Below, piece by piece: positions 1 through 13,628 of a DNA stretch of 64,000 nucleotides. The stretch comes from Ophelia neglecta. Taxonomy: Eukaryota. The notes below the pieces were generated by a model. The model did no database searches and was not told the DNA's origin. It saw nothing but the letters and a program-made list of their open reading frames with translations. The translations under genes were made by a program, and so were the position numbers. The stretch lies in the NCBI GenBank assembly GCA_965285935.1, contig OZ260661.1:136772001-136836000 (forward strand). The letters run 5' to 3'. The stretch's first letter is position 1. Each line of letters begins with the position of its first letter.

Positions 1-890
1 TATACACAAAGCGCAAATATAATTGAATCTATGAGCACTACTCATATATTGAGTAGCGCTTATTATTGGTACAACGCATGTTATTATAGGAAGGCAAAGT
101 TTGCTAATGTACTATGGCAAAAATATTCACTGTTAATCTTGTTGAGTCTGTTTGGTCGAAGCACGATGTCTGTCACTAAGTTTGGCCATATAACGCTAAG
201 ATAGCCGAGTGAACAGGTATAGATGACACATTTAAAACCACACGCTTTAAATACCGCTTTTGGACCAGAGTTTTATGCCTACCATTAACGTTACTCAATA
301 TTCATTTCCGTTACATTATCGATCCTGTTCTAAACGTATATTGACAATGTATGACGAGAAGCAATAATACTTGCGAACATGATGTTCGAAGATTGCCATT
401 AAAATTGCATTCAACAATGGACGCCTTCATTTATTTAAACCGACATACTGTTACATTGACTATATCTTAAATATTTAATATAAAGTACTTTCCGGTAAAA
501 TTCGAAATTGTTCTGCTCTGCTAATATGTATGAAACTATTTCATTTGGGCAAAAGAGATTGTCTTTAATTAGGACAAGCCGACTGAAATAAAATCAGTCA
601 GCCACTGTTCAATAAAACGGTTTAAAAACAATACATTTGTTCAAATAGAACACATTTTGCTATTATTTCACGGTATATACATGTATTTACGACCTGACAA
701 AACGCCTTTGAGCAATAAAGGGAGTGATTTCGATAGTCAGTAGAGCAGCGTGGGGAAATCTCAGGCAAGGAATTATTTAATCACGAATATTTCCTGATTG
801 AAAATAACATACACTTTCAGAAATGATAGCATTAACATTTCGACAATTATACTCATTTCTATAAGTCTCGGAAAATATCGCCTCACACAT
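1..890 (+). repeat. Older, diverged partial paralog of the 2.2-20.2 kb duplicated unit (corresponds to ~3550-4420 and ~15120-15950)
   Basis: Collinear shared blocks: TTACTCAATATTCATTTCCGTTACATTATCGATC (~291) vs TCACTCAATATTTAGTTCGGTAACATTATCGATC (~3809); TGAAAATAACATACAC (~799) vs TGAAAATAACGTACAC (~4345); AAATATCGCC in all three copies. Runs off the window edge. Confidence 0.75.
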
Positions 891-3800
891 TATAAAAAAC
901 TTGAATTTCACATAGGTAATAACCCAGTTTCTTGTTTGTCGACTCAAAGTTATTTAATGATTGATAATTGTAATCTCAATATATGAATCAGACGCTAATG
1001 AGAGCATTCATTAATAATATCACTAATTGGATTAGTATTCTTCTCCTATGTAACGCAGTGGCGCTCTTGGGCAGGCCCCCTTCAGGCGAACTAATGGGAA
1101 TAATACATCTTCAAATACTGCCATGGGAGTTGTAATCATGAACCCACCCACCATCCAAATCATGGCATACTACCTGTATGCGTATTGAGATTTGCTTCGT
1201 GGGTCGATCATGATATCTTGTTAGAGTAGCTTTCTAGAGAGCTTACTATCTAAAGACAAGGTTATAGACGTGTTGCCTGGTGTTGACCTTGCATGGAAGC
1301 TGTAAAAATAGGTTATCTATAGAACGCAGGCTCTAATAATTTTGATATGTAGGCGGGGGTCCTATGAATACCATAATGATTAAACGAAGGGCATCCCTCG
1401 TTTTGTCCAGTATGTCCAAGTATCCTTTTCGGCTTATCCAGTTCAGTTAAATGGCTATTATGCAAACCTCAGATGCATTGAATTAAATAATAACTTTGGT
1501 GGAGGTAAGATACGTTAATTGTTTCTTAAATTAATTGTTTAAACGGCATCCATGGCTTGTCTATTGTCTAGCCCATCTCAGGTGGCGGCTACGGCGATGA
1601 CATATCGAAGGAGGTGTACGGACATAGCTAGTACCAATCTCGCATGCATATTCAAATGGTTCGATTTGAAATATTTTATTGGTAGGGTAGACGTTCGTCG
1701 AGGGGAATCTTGCGGACGCCCCCCATGCAAATATAAAGATTTTCCTTTCACAGAAGTACGCCTTAATGATACAGTTATTAGCAGGAGGGAGATAACAACC
1801 AGTATTTATTGGTTGTATTGTATTTACTGTAATGAACTTATTTCATTTAGAGTACAATCAACTTGCTCGTCAACTTGATTATTTAGTAAGGCAATCTTGT
1901 CAGAATGCCTAATAGACTTGGGGGCGAGGTGGTAAATAATATAACGGCAATTAACGGTCTTCATTGGGTAGCAGCAGAGGCGAAGGAAGCAACAATTTAT
2001 ACTATGTTTTTACACATCCAGACATGTTAATATTGGCTTAATTAGGCCACCAAATGCAACCGTATGTTGGCTACATAGCTAGAAACAAGTCGATAAAATC
2101 TTGTTGCGTGTGCTTCGTCCTGGATAGAATAAAAAATAATTGTGTACTTTTATGTTTCTTCGTGTTTCCCCTAGGTCAAGCTAAAAAATGAAGCCCCTTG
2201 ACTTTAAAAGAGCCCCTTGCGTCTGTGATTCCTTCCTCAATCTATAGAAGAAACACGCGATGTATAATCAAGCCAATATATTGTTAGATTCGTGGTGCCC
2301 TCGAGAAGTAAGAATTATTTAATCATTCGTAGTTATGTGACTTCCGGTGAATCAAATCAGTACCACACGACACCGGGCTACTTTATATCTCCCATGACAA
2401 CTTTATCACGTATACATTGCATTTGGAATCCCAGATTCAACAAATGAGACCAAGAAGCATGCTTTTAGAAATGGTTTGATATAAGTATCGCGAATTAATG
2501 TGTTAGTTTATTGAATAAGCAAACTAACTAGCTCTATCGATCAGATTGTTTCTACCATATAAGTATGTAACAGACCGAACATATATTCGTGAAATGCAAT
2601 TTTTTGCATCAGCGTGCATGATAATAGCGAGTGTAAGTCATCAAAACCATTGTACTTTTTGTAATTCATTGAAACAAGTCCAGTCTGGATAAGATGGGCC
2701 CAGGCATAGGGGTTTTAGCTTAGGCCAAAATTATGTATGTCAGTGCATTTCAAATAGGTACACGAAACATACCACTTTCATACAAGTGGTCTAGAACAGG
2801 TAAAGATGTGATTTAAAACATTTCTCATTTCTTTCTCTTGCTTACATGTCAACAATGTGATCTGCTGATCCCCTATAGCTACGAAGGATCAATTACAGGC
2901 AAGCACGATGATTTATGAATACAGTGAGGAGGACCTAACGTGTATAAATGATCGTTAAATTTGTTATAGCTTAAGACTGTATTAAATAAAGAGACTTGCA
3001 TAAAGAATCAAAGTGATTGTATCATGAGTGCCTAATTTAAAAAGGGATTCGATCCCTAGGATCATCACATTCCCTCAAGTGTATTAGATCTATAAAAAGC
3101 CTAAATCCAAACTATCAGCACTCTCTCCCACGTGTTTTTGTAGAAGTAGGCTTGCATCATCAATTTGTTTACGCTATTTAAACAAATTACAAGTGACTTA
3201 ATGCTGCTTATTTCTCGGTGAAATGTGTACCCACAGGAGGTTTGTGAAAGTATTCCTGGCACTGCGATGCCCAATAACATCCAGAGTGAGGGTCTTAATA
3301 AATTAATGTGTAACCATTAGCACTACGGTCAAAAGTAATGCTTTCCAGTCATTTGGGGCTTGTATTATAAATTTTTCAGTTCATCGAGCTTCTTTTCCAG
3401 GCTCGTTTGTTATATTAACACCTACTTATAAACAAATAAGTAAGTGGTGGAAAACAAACATGCTCGTGTATAGTAGCAAATCATGTTTAAATATGAATTT
3501 ATGAAACCCAAAGGCACTGACAAGTAAACCTGTGGTCATTTTGATTTATATTATAGCTGTAGATGAATTCAACAATGATACGAGCACCACACCTGTTATT
3601 TGGCAACAATACGTTATAAGAGCGCTTTTAAATTTCCTAAGAGAAAAGCTTTCATTATCAATGTTGTAAAGCTAGTTTGGTCTAAGCTAGGTAAGCCACT
3701 TAGTTGGCTATATTGCGCTAAAATTGGTGAAAGAAAACGGTTAGTGGACAAACTTGAAACCATGCACTATCATAACCGATCCTGGTTCTGAAGTCTTGCT

Positions 3801-4031
3801 ATTAAAGTCACTCAATATTTAGTTCGGTAACATTATCGATCTCGTTCTGAACGTATTTTAACATTTTATGGTGAGAAGTAATAATAGTTGTGAATATTAT
3901 GCTCGAAGATCGCCATAAAAGAAATTCCTTTGTATTTTAGACACCAATATTTATTAAAACCGGCGAACTGGAACACTAGTTCCCTTCTTTCATGTGTTTG
4001 CTAAACAATGTTTTCCGGTCCTGTTCTGTTA

Positions 4032-4051
4032 ATATATATATATATATATAT
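4032..4051. repeat. (TA)n microsatellite
   Basis: ATATATATATATATATATAT; absent from the paralogous position in copy B. Confidence 0.9.
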
Positions 4052-7000
4052 TGGTTTGCACTTCTCAAATTTTACACTACAATATTGTTTTATTCCAATA
4101 CGGTCATGTCTGACTATTTCAAACCAATCATTCAGGTCTGACCTGCGCATGCGTTAACTCTTAATATGAGGGGCGCCTCTAAATAAAATATGTTATTATC
4201 CAATCCATTTTGGCGAGTAGCATAATTTTGAAAACAATATATCATCGTATAGACGCCTCTTAGCAATATAGGACGCGATGGTAAGAAGGGCAGTATGGGC
4301 AAATTGCATGCAGGGAAATATTCTACTCCCGTTTAGACTCTGAATGAAAATAACGTACACTAATACTATTGATATTTATACTCATTTATATTAGTCTCTT
4401 GAAATATCGCCGCTCACACAAGAAACATCATTACATAGATTCCAGTGTAAAGTAGGTCGAAATCTGTCCTTTCATTTATATGAACATTCATGCCAAAATT
4501 TAGTCAATTATTCCCTGCAGGTGAGCTTCGAATTAGTTATAGCATGGGTTAGACATTACAAAAGTATTTGGTAATCAAGGGGCTAACCGAGATTACATAA
4601 TACCTTAGGAATATACAAATATGCTATGACTGACAATATTCAAATATTGGTTTCCCTTTCAATGACTTTACTACTTAATCAGTACACCATGCATACTGTA
4701 TTTCAACAATCGTCGGCCCAATATGTCACTGTGTAGTAAATCTTCATTTACCTGTGACAGCTGTGTTTGACTGACTTGTTAGCGTGTTGCACCGGTAAAA
4801 CAGTACAATATTCGAAATAACAGAAGTGGGAACTTTCGATGCTGAACTCCTGAAAGTTTATGATGATATAGAAGTTTTCAGGCCTACTGTACCTCTAATA
4901 TCTTCGCCTTATGCAGAAAAAATGTTTGCTGATGTTTTGATAATCTTAACATTTCACTTGCCAGAGAGATATACGTGTATGCATGTATGAATTCTTCAAT
5001 GATGCTGAGTTCTTTTTATGAGTACCGATGTCCGTGCCGTGGCCCAGATAAAGTACTTCCTTGCCAACTAGTTACGCCTGACTACCCGAACTACCAAATT
5101 ATGCATGACTGCCCGAATTACCAAGTGATTGCTGAGTGAGCACTGGTCATTTAACAAAGGATTCCTGTGGGGTGTGCCTACCTGAGCCAGTCCGGGCAGA
5201 TATGCTGCTAAGCGGCAACATACTTATGGGAAGGACATCTTTACCAAGTCATATGGCATAGGTGTATTGACTAAAGATTGCATAACCATCATGTTTACTC
5301 CAGACAAGGTGCAATTTGTCCAGTGATGCCATCAAATGCAAAGGAATATAAGCAAGGTATGTAGAAAAAAAAACATACAACCTTAGCGAGAGTATGTTTT
5401 CCCTGGATTAAAATTAATAATTATCCACTGTTATGTTTCGTAATACCTCCTGTAGTTCGGGCTATTAAAACCATGCCCTTTACCTTTGAAGAATCCCCAT
5501 GGATCAGAATGAATAGTGTTTTTTTCCAACTCCATCTACAGAAACGCTAAATCGAATCCCTGCAATCAAGACCCAATTGGATACGTCGTGCCAACGACAA
5601 GGGAGTTAATTCTATAATCATTCGTAGGTGTGCGGCTTCTGTTCTGTTAAATCATTACAGTAAAATAGGGCCAAAGTTGTTCCCCTTGACAGCTGTATCA
5701 CTTATACTTACAGCTCATTGTAATTATACTTTAAACAAATAAGACCAAGGTACATGCCTTTGGAGATGGATTGATTAAGTATTTAGAATCTGTGTTAGTT
5801 TATTAATGAAGTGTCCACGATAATCGAGTTGTTTTTAGCAGCTCTCCGGGAAGGAATTTAAAGGGTATAAACGAGGTAATTGTATTGACAAAAAGTAATC
5901 CGCAATATAAAATATTCATCCGCTCGGGCTAGTTTCTAGAAGGACCGTGTATTAGTTAGGCTGTAGATATCAGGCGGGGTAGGTGACTTGCTAATCAGCT
6001 GATTATTAACTTAAAAACGATGTTTCGGTCTCTTAAATATTCTAAATGAAAATTCTTCATCAAAAAATGTATCAATCAATCAGTCTTTCAAATAAGTAAG
6101 GCAAATGATTTACATCAACCAAATAACATGCTTGTTTACCGACCGAACACTGATCTCTACTAATAACGAATACTCCAAGATCATCCATTAAGTCAGACGG
6201 TCTTTCATGTTTAGCGATTGATTCTGGTCTGTTTCTCACTTCATAAATGATATAATTAATTTTCTTTCATGTTTGGACTAACAAAGACTGTATGCGCATA
6301 TACTGATGGACAAAGTAGTTATTGTTTCAATTTTAATTTATATAATTCATAGAAAAGAAATGTGAATTTAGGCAGAAACTGAGCACATTTCATTACTCGT
6401 TTGATTCATTTAATGGAAGAAATAGTAGCAGTGTGTATGCATGAGAAATCATAAAAGTTTGGGTACCAAGATGGATTGCTAGATTAAGGGTCCCTTCGTA
6501 TACATATATTTATTGATAAAGACGTGTTTTTCTAGGATCTACGAGTTTTCTTCAGGATGATGAGATCTAGCAAGCCGGTTGAACAAGCATGTTAAAATTG
6601 AGTTTTTTAAGTAATGAGCCATTTGTGCATTAAGTAAGAATACGTATGATTAATTATGGGAATTTTGATTGGTATGTCGTATACAAAACAAGTTTTCGAA
6701 TCATTATCGGCGATACATTTGATTCCCTTTCAATGGGTATTTGATCTGATAGCTTTCAACAGGACATCCTAGTAATGTCGCCTCCCTCAATTGGACAGGT
6801 CCTTCCTGGCAGAATAATGCCCATCGCCGAAGAAAGCGGCTAGGTAACACTTAGTATCCGGCAACCCTTGAGTCATCTTATCAATGCGTACGTGTTCCTT
6901 CGCCTATCTTTATCAAAAATACATTTGCAATGACCAATTTAAGCATAATATTCATCACTATACGGATCTCTACCACTTAACTAACAACCAATTTGATGTT

Positions 7001-7111
7001 TCAGGGCTGCCTAAAAATCATTATTAGGTGCGGGTTCCATTTACTTTCTCATCTGGCAAACGATATCCTAAACGAATCGCCACCTGTTCCTACTCTCATT
7101 CAGGCTACTTC

Positions 7112-7552
7112 TGTGACAACGCAGTATCCACTGTACTTGAATCTAAAATGGAGTCAATGCATCTTGAACTTAAACAAATGATGATAATACTCACCGACAG
7201 TGTCAATACATCCATTGTCAAATTTAAGAAAAACCTAGATAAGCAAGAGGAAAGAATATTCAAATTCAGGAAATCGGTATCAGAAGTCATAGGAGGTCGT
7301 CGGCAACTTCGTGATAAAACATTCAGCAATATAAAGGTAGTCATAAAGGAGGACATGACCCGCACTAATGCTAATCTATTAACGAGAGTTTCAAAACACC
7401 TGTGGGTTGAAACAGCTTACTTCTTTAATGGCAAAGTTAAGGTACGTTTGCATGGCATACAGGGTAAGACATTTGACATTAAACCATTTATGGACCGTGT
7501 AAAGCAAATCCCAGACTCAATTAAGGAGCGAGTGCGACCACCCAAAAAGTGA
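7112..7552 (+). pseudogene. LINE ORF1 C-terminal fragment
   Basis: Coiled-coil-like stretch followed by IKEDMTRTNANLL...VETAYFFNGKVKVR, resembling the 'EDLT...NGKI' C-terminus of CR1-group ORF1. The first 28 codons of track ORF 7028-7552 come from flanking DNA. Confidence 0.7.
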
Positions 7553-7917
7553 GGCTGCTGGCCATATGAGGGGCCTGTACGCTGAACTTGACTGGGGTAA
7601 AGGTGTAATTAATTTTGTTTGAACTGGTCCAGTGCCGCTCTTGCCTTTTTTCACTACTACCAACGAGCTGTATCGTTAATCACTTGTCCCTTACACCACA
7701 TTCGGTGTTTCTTTGATTTGTTGTTATGAAAACAAACTTGTATATAATTTTTGTAAATACTAAGAATGCCACTTTATGTTATTTATCATTGTTTCAAGCT
7801 TCTTTTGCCATTTGTATCTGCCACATTGCATGTTTATAATGTATACATGACAAACTCACATGTTGTATTATTGACGTATATATTAGTATATATATCACAT
7901 ACTGGAAGAAATTGACC

Positions 7918-10900
7918 ATGGCATCTTTCACCAACCATATACGGGCTATGCTCGACCCAAATCTCCATAATGCCTAGTAAGGATTATAAGATAAATGAAA
8001 TTGAGCTAGTTGAAGAGTCCCATTACTATTCAGGCGCTGAGATAGGACCCCTGTGTCAACGTGCAACATAGAACGAATCCTTGGCCAGCATGAATTTAAA
8101 CGCCCAAATTCTTGTCAGTAAACTAACTGAATTTCAACTTCTCTTACACGAGTTCAAAACCATCCACGCTGTTGCGATTGACGTGGTCACAGTAACTGAA
8201 ACTTGGTTAAATACCGACCTGGAGCAGCTTGTAAATATTCCTGGATATTCACTTGTATGTAAAAACAAACCGGTAAAGAAGGAGGGTGGAGGCACATGTG
8301 TTTACATTAGAGATGAGGTACCTTTTAAAGTGAGAAATGATCTCGATTTCACGGCTAATCATGATAATTATATCGATGGTCTGTTTATTGAAATAACTCT
8401 TAATATGAATAAGAAACCCCTGGTGATAGGGACTATATATCGATCCCCTAGCAAGAATAATATACAGGAGCTTTCAGATCGCATTGAGGACAAGATTCGT
8501 CGGATAGAATGCGAAGGGAAAAATTGTATTATATGTGGCGATATGAACATTGACCTGTTAAACTCAACCCCAAACAGAGATACAGCAAATTACCTTGGCA
8601 TGTTCATATCAAACAGCTACATTCCCCTTATAACTCTGCCAACTAGAGTCACCGCGCACTCTGCTACGTTGCTAGATAACATATTTCTTAAACACAATCC
8701 TTCAATATCCTACACTGCAGGAACGCTACTCACTCACCTTTCAGATCATTACCCAAATTTCGTATTCATTCATGACTTAATAATTACTGGGTATAAGCTC
8801 CCTAAATTTGTTAAGTATAGGCCGCTTACCGACACAAATGTTTATTCTTTTAAGCAGGGCCTTAGCAATGTAAACTGGGACCCAGTATTAAACATTGCCA
8901 AAGATAATCCAGACATTGCATACGACGTTCTTTTGAACACCTTCAATGCAAAATTGGATGAGTGCATACCTGAAAAAGAGGTGCGGTTCTTTAAGTATAA
9001 ACACAAAATTAGCCCATGGGTTACGCAAGGTATTCTGAAATCCATTCACACACGAGACCACTCAGGTAGGAAACGTGCCCTTAATCGAGACATGCCCGCT
9101 TTCAATGACGTTAATAAGAAGTTTATAGACTATCGTAACATATTAGATAGGGTTATCAAATCTGCTCAGACCGCGTACTGGGGAGTCAGGTTTAACGATG
9201 CCAAAAATGACATTAAAATAATCTGGGACAATATTCGACCGGTAATGAATAGGGGCAAGAGGGAAAAGTTGCAAACAGTATTTCTCGATGGTGACGGCAA
9301 CAAACTAACTGACCCGGAAAAGATAGCCCAAAACCTTAATACCTTTTTCGCAAATATCGGAACTAGGCTGGCAGATTCGATATCATCTACGACGAATTGC
9401 AAATCCTATCTGAACTCACCAAAAATAGATAGTATGTTTATGTCGGAAACGAATTAATTCGAAATACTCAAATTGTAGACAAAATGAAACCAAAATCTAG
9501 TAGTGGATTCGATAATATTACACCTCGCCTGCTTAAAATGACCATTGCCCCCATGGCTGCAGTGCTTGCAACTATATTTAATTCTATGATCAAACACGGA
9601 GTATTTCCTGATTCTGCAAAAATTGCAAAGGTACTTCCTATTTTCAAAGATGGAGATTCATCGATATTTACAAATTATAGACCCATATCAATACTCCCGG
9701 CGATCTCGAAGATTCTTGAAAGATTGATATACAATCGCATTTTCAATTACCTAACTAGATTTAATCGTTTATATAAATCACAATATGGCTTTCGAGCAAA
9801 ACACTCTACGGAGCATGCAGCACTTGAATTACTTGATCATATTGCTAAAGGCCTGGACGATAAATATTTAATGTCTGCCATTGACATAGACTTGTCCAAA
9901 GCGTTCGACACATTTGGACCACTCCATACTTCTTCATAAATTGGATTATTACGGGATCAGGGGTAATTATAATAAGCTACTTGAGAGCTATTTATCTTCT
10001 CGTAAACAATATGTCTTTTATTGTAAAGTATCATCGCACATGCTGCATATTAAATGCGTTGTACCACAGGGATCTATACTGGGGCCTCTGCTCTTTCTAA
10101 TATATGTGAACGACCTCTGTTACACTTCTCCTATAGCGCATACCCTATTATTTGCTAATGATACCAGTATTTTGTTCCGTAATAGAGATATAATTGATAT
10201 GTATACGGATATGAATATAGAAATTGAAAACATATATACCTGGTTAAAATCAAATAAATTGTCCTTAAATATCCGAAAAACTAAATACATGTTATTTCGC
10301 ATAAGCCATTACCAGCATTCCATAGTACGCTAAATGTCATGGTGAATGGTAACCCTATTGAGCAAGTATCAAAATTTAAATTCCTGGGTATCTGGTTCGA
10401 TTAACACCTTAACTGGAAACCAAACACTGACGCAAAATGCAAACAAATAGCCAAAATAAATGGGGTCATGAATAGCATTAAACGAAAATTACCTTGTAAA
10501 ATTCTCAAGCTTATCTATTATGCTCTTGTCCAGTCACAACTTACTTATGGTTTATTAGTGTGGAACAATGATTGTTATAAAATGAACCTGGACAGACTTT
10601 TCTTAGTACAAAAACGTTCTATGCGCATTATCACCAAATCTCACTATCTAGCTCATACGGACCCAATTTTTAAATCATTGGGTATCCTCAAGCTGCATGA
10701 TTTACATCTGCAAACTTTACACTCGAGTAATGATTAAAAAATGTCCTGTATATTTAGTAAGCTGCCTATTGTCAAACCCTGTATCCCATACTCATAATAC
10801 TCGATATCGAAATGTAATACAGTTGGATAATATGCGAACAAATGTAATTAAACAAGATATATCTTACAAATTGAATAGTATAATTATATACATTCGACAA

Positions 10901-11011
10901 ACGCTACACATTGATATAAATAAGCCTGTGAATATTAAGACCGCAATGTTGAATCTTTATAATGACGCTTGCCTGGTCAGAAATTGTTATGTCTGTAATT
11001 ATAATGTATGA
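7918..11011 (+). pseudogene. Disrupted LINE ORF2 (APE endonuclease + reverse transcriptase)
   Basis: APE motifs VTETWL, GGGTCVYI, IYRSP, GDMNID, LLDNIF, SDHYP. RT motifs NYRPISILP, QYGFR, DLSKAFD, PQGSILGPLLFLIYVND, and FAND in place of the catalytic (Y/F)ADD. C-terminal CLVRNCYVC. Split over ORFs 8081-9457, 9484-9939, 9914-10333, 10468-10737 and 10697-11011 by stops and frameshifts. Start is approximate. Confidence 0.93.
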
Positions 11012-11819
11012 AAACTATTTAGCCGTCCCTTTTTGTAGAACTGAACAATATAAGAATTCCTTTTATAGCAAAACTATTTCTGATTGGAACCAACTGCTGC
11101 TCGACACTCGTAGGTGCCACGACAAACAACCGTTAAATTTGTCTGTACGACCGACTACTGGCCGTCCTTCCAAATACTATAACATGGGGTCTCGCATTGC
11201 CCAAATATTTTTAGCTCAATGCAGGCTGTCTTGTAGCTGACATCATATCACTACTTATTTGTTTGCAACCGTTTTTCTTCGATTCGTGGCCCATCAATAG
11301 ATTTTTGTAATGCTCAAAATATTCTACTGGATGACCGCATAGAGCAAGCTATTAACTGTGGGGATCGGCACATGTCCGCTGAGTTGTCAGTTATTGTAAA
11401 CGATTTCATCATTAAGTCGAAAAGGTTCTCATCCTAGATACACCTGCCGTTTATATTACCACTAGCTTACTAGCTTATTAACTTATCTCTGATGTGCACA
11501 AGGTATTTCTAGAAATCTGCATTATGTTGTTATGTTCCTACATGTATCTTTTTCATTAATTGTACAGTTGAGGCTGGCGAGCATGACGTCCTTTTGTGTA
11601 GGTCGGTTTGTCGTGCTCCCATTTCCTCAACTGTTTTATCACTTTATATATACATGCGTGCTTGATGTACATCCATGTCGCCCTTCATCCCATCCCCTCA
11701 CCTCATCCATTGCATGCTGTTTAACCTAATGTTCTGTATGTTGATATGTTGGAAATTACCGATTTTAAGACATAGGCTTTTGTAAGATCCAACATAGGAA
11801 ATATAAATAGGTTTAAACC
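11010..11819 (+). mobile_element. Nested, heavily 5'-truncated CR1-like LINE with a 13-bp target-site duplication
   Basis: TSD AATTATAATGTAT at 10997-11009 and 11820-11832. Encodes a LINE ORF2 C-terminus (PFCRTEQYKNSFYSKTISDWNQL...YYNMGSRIAQIFLAQCRLSCS...VNDFIIKSKRF stop at ~11436). 3' end is ATATAAATAGGTTTAAACC. Confidence 0.88.
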
Positions 11820-13628
11820 AATTATAATGTATAACTCGGTTCCTCTGAAATGTAATCACTCTTAACGATGGCATTGTAAGCTTGAAGTTTTTCTTTTGTT
11901 TTGTTTTTGTTAAATCGTTTTTTGTTTTGTTCTTACTTAATCTTAGCATTGTATTTCTATTAACTTGTGCTTATTTAACTCATTAGGTCTACTATTCCGT
12001 AGCATCTACTATTAGTGGAACATACGTGTAGTTTACTGAGAATATGGTTTGCCTTGGCACAATATTGAGATTTACACTATATGTTTACCATGTACATTGT
12101 GTCCGCCCTGTTGCGGTGGGGGACGGTGTCCGTTGCGGCTACATAGCTACGGCGGATGTGGCCTTCTGCCGTGCAGGGGCGGCTAGCTTACGTATTTATT
12201 CTTTGATCGCAAGACCTTTTTGATTGACACTCTACCTTGCTCATTTAATTTAGTTTAATGCATACGTCCAGTGCCTACAGCTATGCCATTACTGGCGTCC
12301 ATGTTTTTCCCCAGATCTGTTAATCGCATTATTGTCTGTATATACTATATGTAACTTGTGACTGGTGTGAAACCAAATAAAATAACTTCAATCAATCAAA
12401 AAGCACTACCCTGGGTAATGTGTGAAGCTTACATTTTGCTCTGATGCTGGAACAAATGTACAATCAAAACCAAAAGTGCTCCTCAGGGTCCTATAAGAAT
12501 ATAATTAACGACGCTTCTGAATCGAAGGTGGCGCAGAATCGGATCATTATAGTTCGTGGCCCGGCAACAGTCGGCCTTTGATGCATTTTGTGCGATTTAA
12601 CTTATTAATGCATAACCTTTTTTTAGCTCCCTTTATATTTTTCCTGATTGCTTTATTTGCATGGCATGAATATAAATGCTTTGTTGGCAAGGCAATACAT
12701 CCTCAGACCAAATTTAGGTGTCTTTTGATAAAATAGAAGTATGAACAAAGGGTCAATTAGCTGTTTGTTATTTTGAGGAAACGACTTGATTTTCATTTAG
12801 TAGTGATGTATTGTAAGCAAGAGATGTAGAAAGGGCAATCTTGGGGAATGTTCATCATGGATAGGCCTACAGTCCTCTGTCTGACAATAGCCTAACGAAC
12901 TTAACCAAAACGGTAACGCCCCGGTCACTGTTGGCCCAGCAACATAAGTAAGAATTTTTACCCAAAAAGCCCAAACAAGTCCTCCAGTCATAAGATAGTG
13001 GGAAGCAGACGGACTCTTCTTCTTCTACGACGGAGTTATATCTGGTCCATAGACAAAAAGGGACTGGATCGCCTGCAGACAAAGCCAATTCATGCGCCCG
13101 ACAATAAACACAAGACAAGAGAATAACCTTAAAGTGTCTTGAATATTCTGATGGGAAAATGGTATTATCGCCTCGATAGTGAAGGAAATTGTAATCTAGA
13201 TTAAGTAAACCAGGCACGCTTTAATCGGGACTCACAATGCGCATTTGCTGTATATGATTTTATATCAGTACGTCGCAGATGTACAAGGCCCTATCCCGAG
13301 AGGAATAGATCACCAAAAGTCATTGTTACTGACAATGGGACGCAGAGGTTTCCGCATATCTTGGAACCACCTTTCTTCGTATTGTTTTCCGTTGTATAGT
13401 ATAAAACTGAGTATCGTATCTTGATCTATTAATCTCATGGCCTATCGACAGGGATGTCTAAATGAGTGTCGTAGGCCAGTGCAACATTTTCTGCTTTTTT
13501 GCAGAGAGCTTGCAATTGTATATCAGGGGTCATATCACACTCATTGGACGGTCAGGAACCAAGTTCGTCGCTGAGCAGTTTATAACAAGACAGAAAATAG
13601 ACTGGACAATTTATCGAAGTTTTAGAAA

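Larger units (their letters stand above)
7112..12399 (+). mobile_element. 5'-truncated non-LTR retrotransposon, CR1 group (L2/Crack/Daphne-like)
   Basis: Boundaries come from the empty site in copy B (CAGGCTACTTC|AAAGCACTACCC). Contains an ORF1 C-terminus, a disrupted APE-RT ORF2, and a 3' UTR ending AATAAAATAACTTCAATCAATCAA with a (TCAA)n tail. Confidence 0.93.
2181..13442 (+). repeat. Tandem segmental duplication 1, copy A (interrupted by the LINE at 7112-12399)
   Basis: Long collinear similarity with 13629-20237, from GTATAATCAAGCCAATATATTGTTAGATTCGTG near the start to TAATCTCATGGCC at the end. Confidence 0.93.

Noticed and set aside
7028-7111. N-terminal part of the 174-aa ORF 7028-7552
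   Set aside because: It lies in flanking duplicated DNA upstream of the LINE junction at 7112 and starts at GTG. It is a chance in-frame fusion.
12797-13217. Minus-strand ORFs as possible exons of a duplicated gene
   Set aside because: The paralogous region in copy B has several deletions and a large interruption, and the peptides are unrecognisable.
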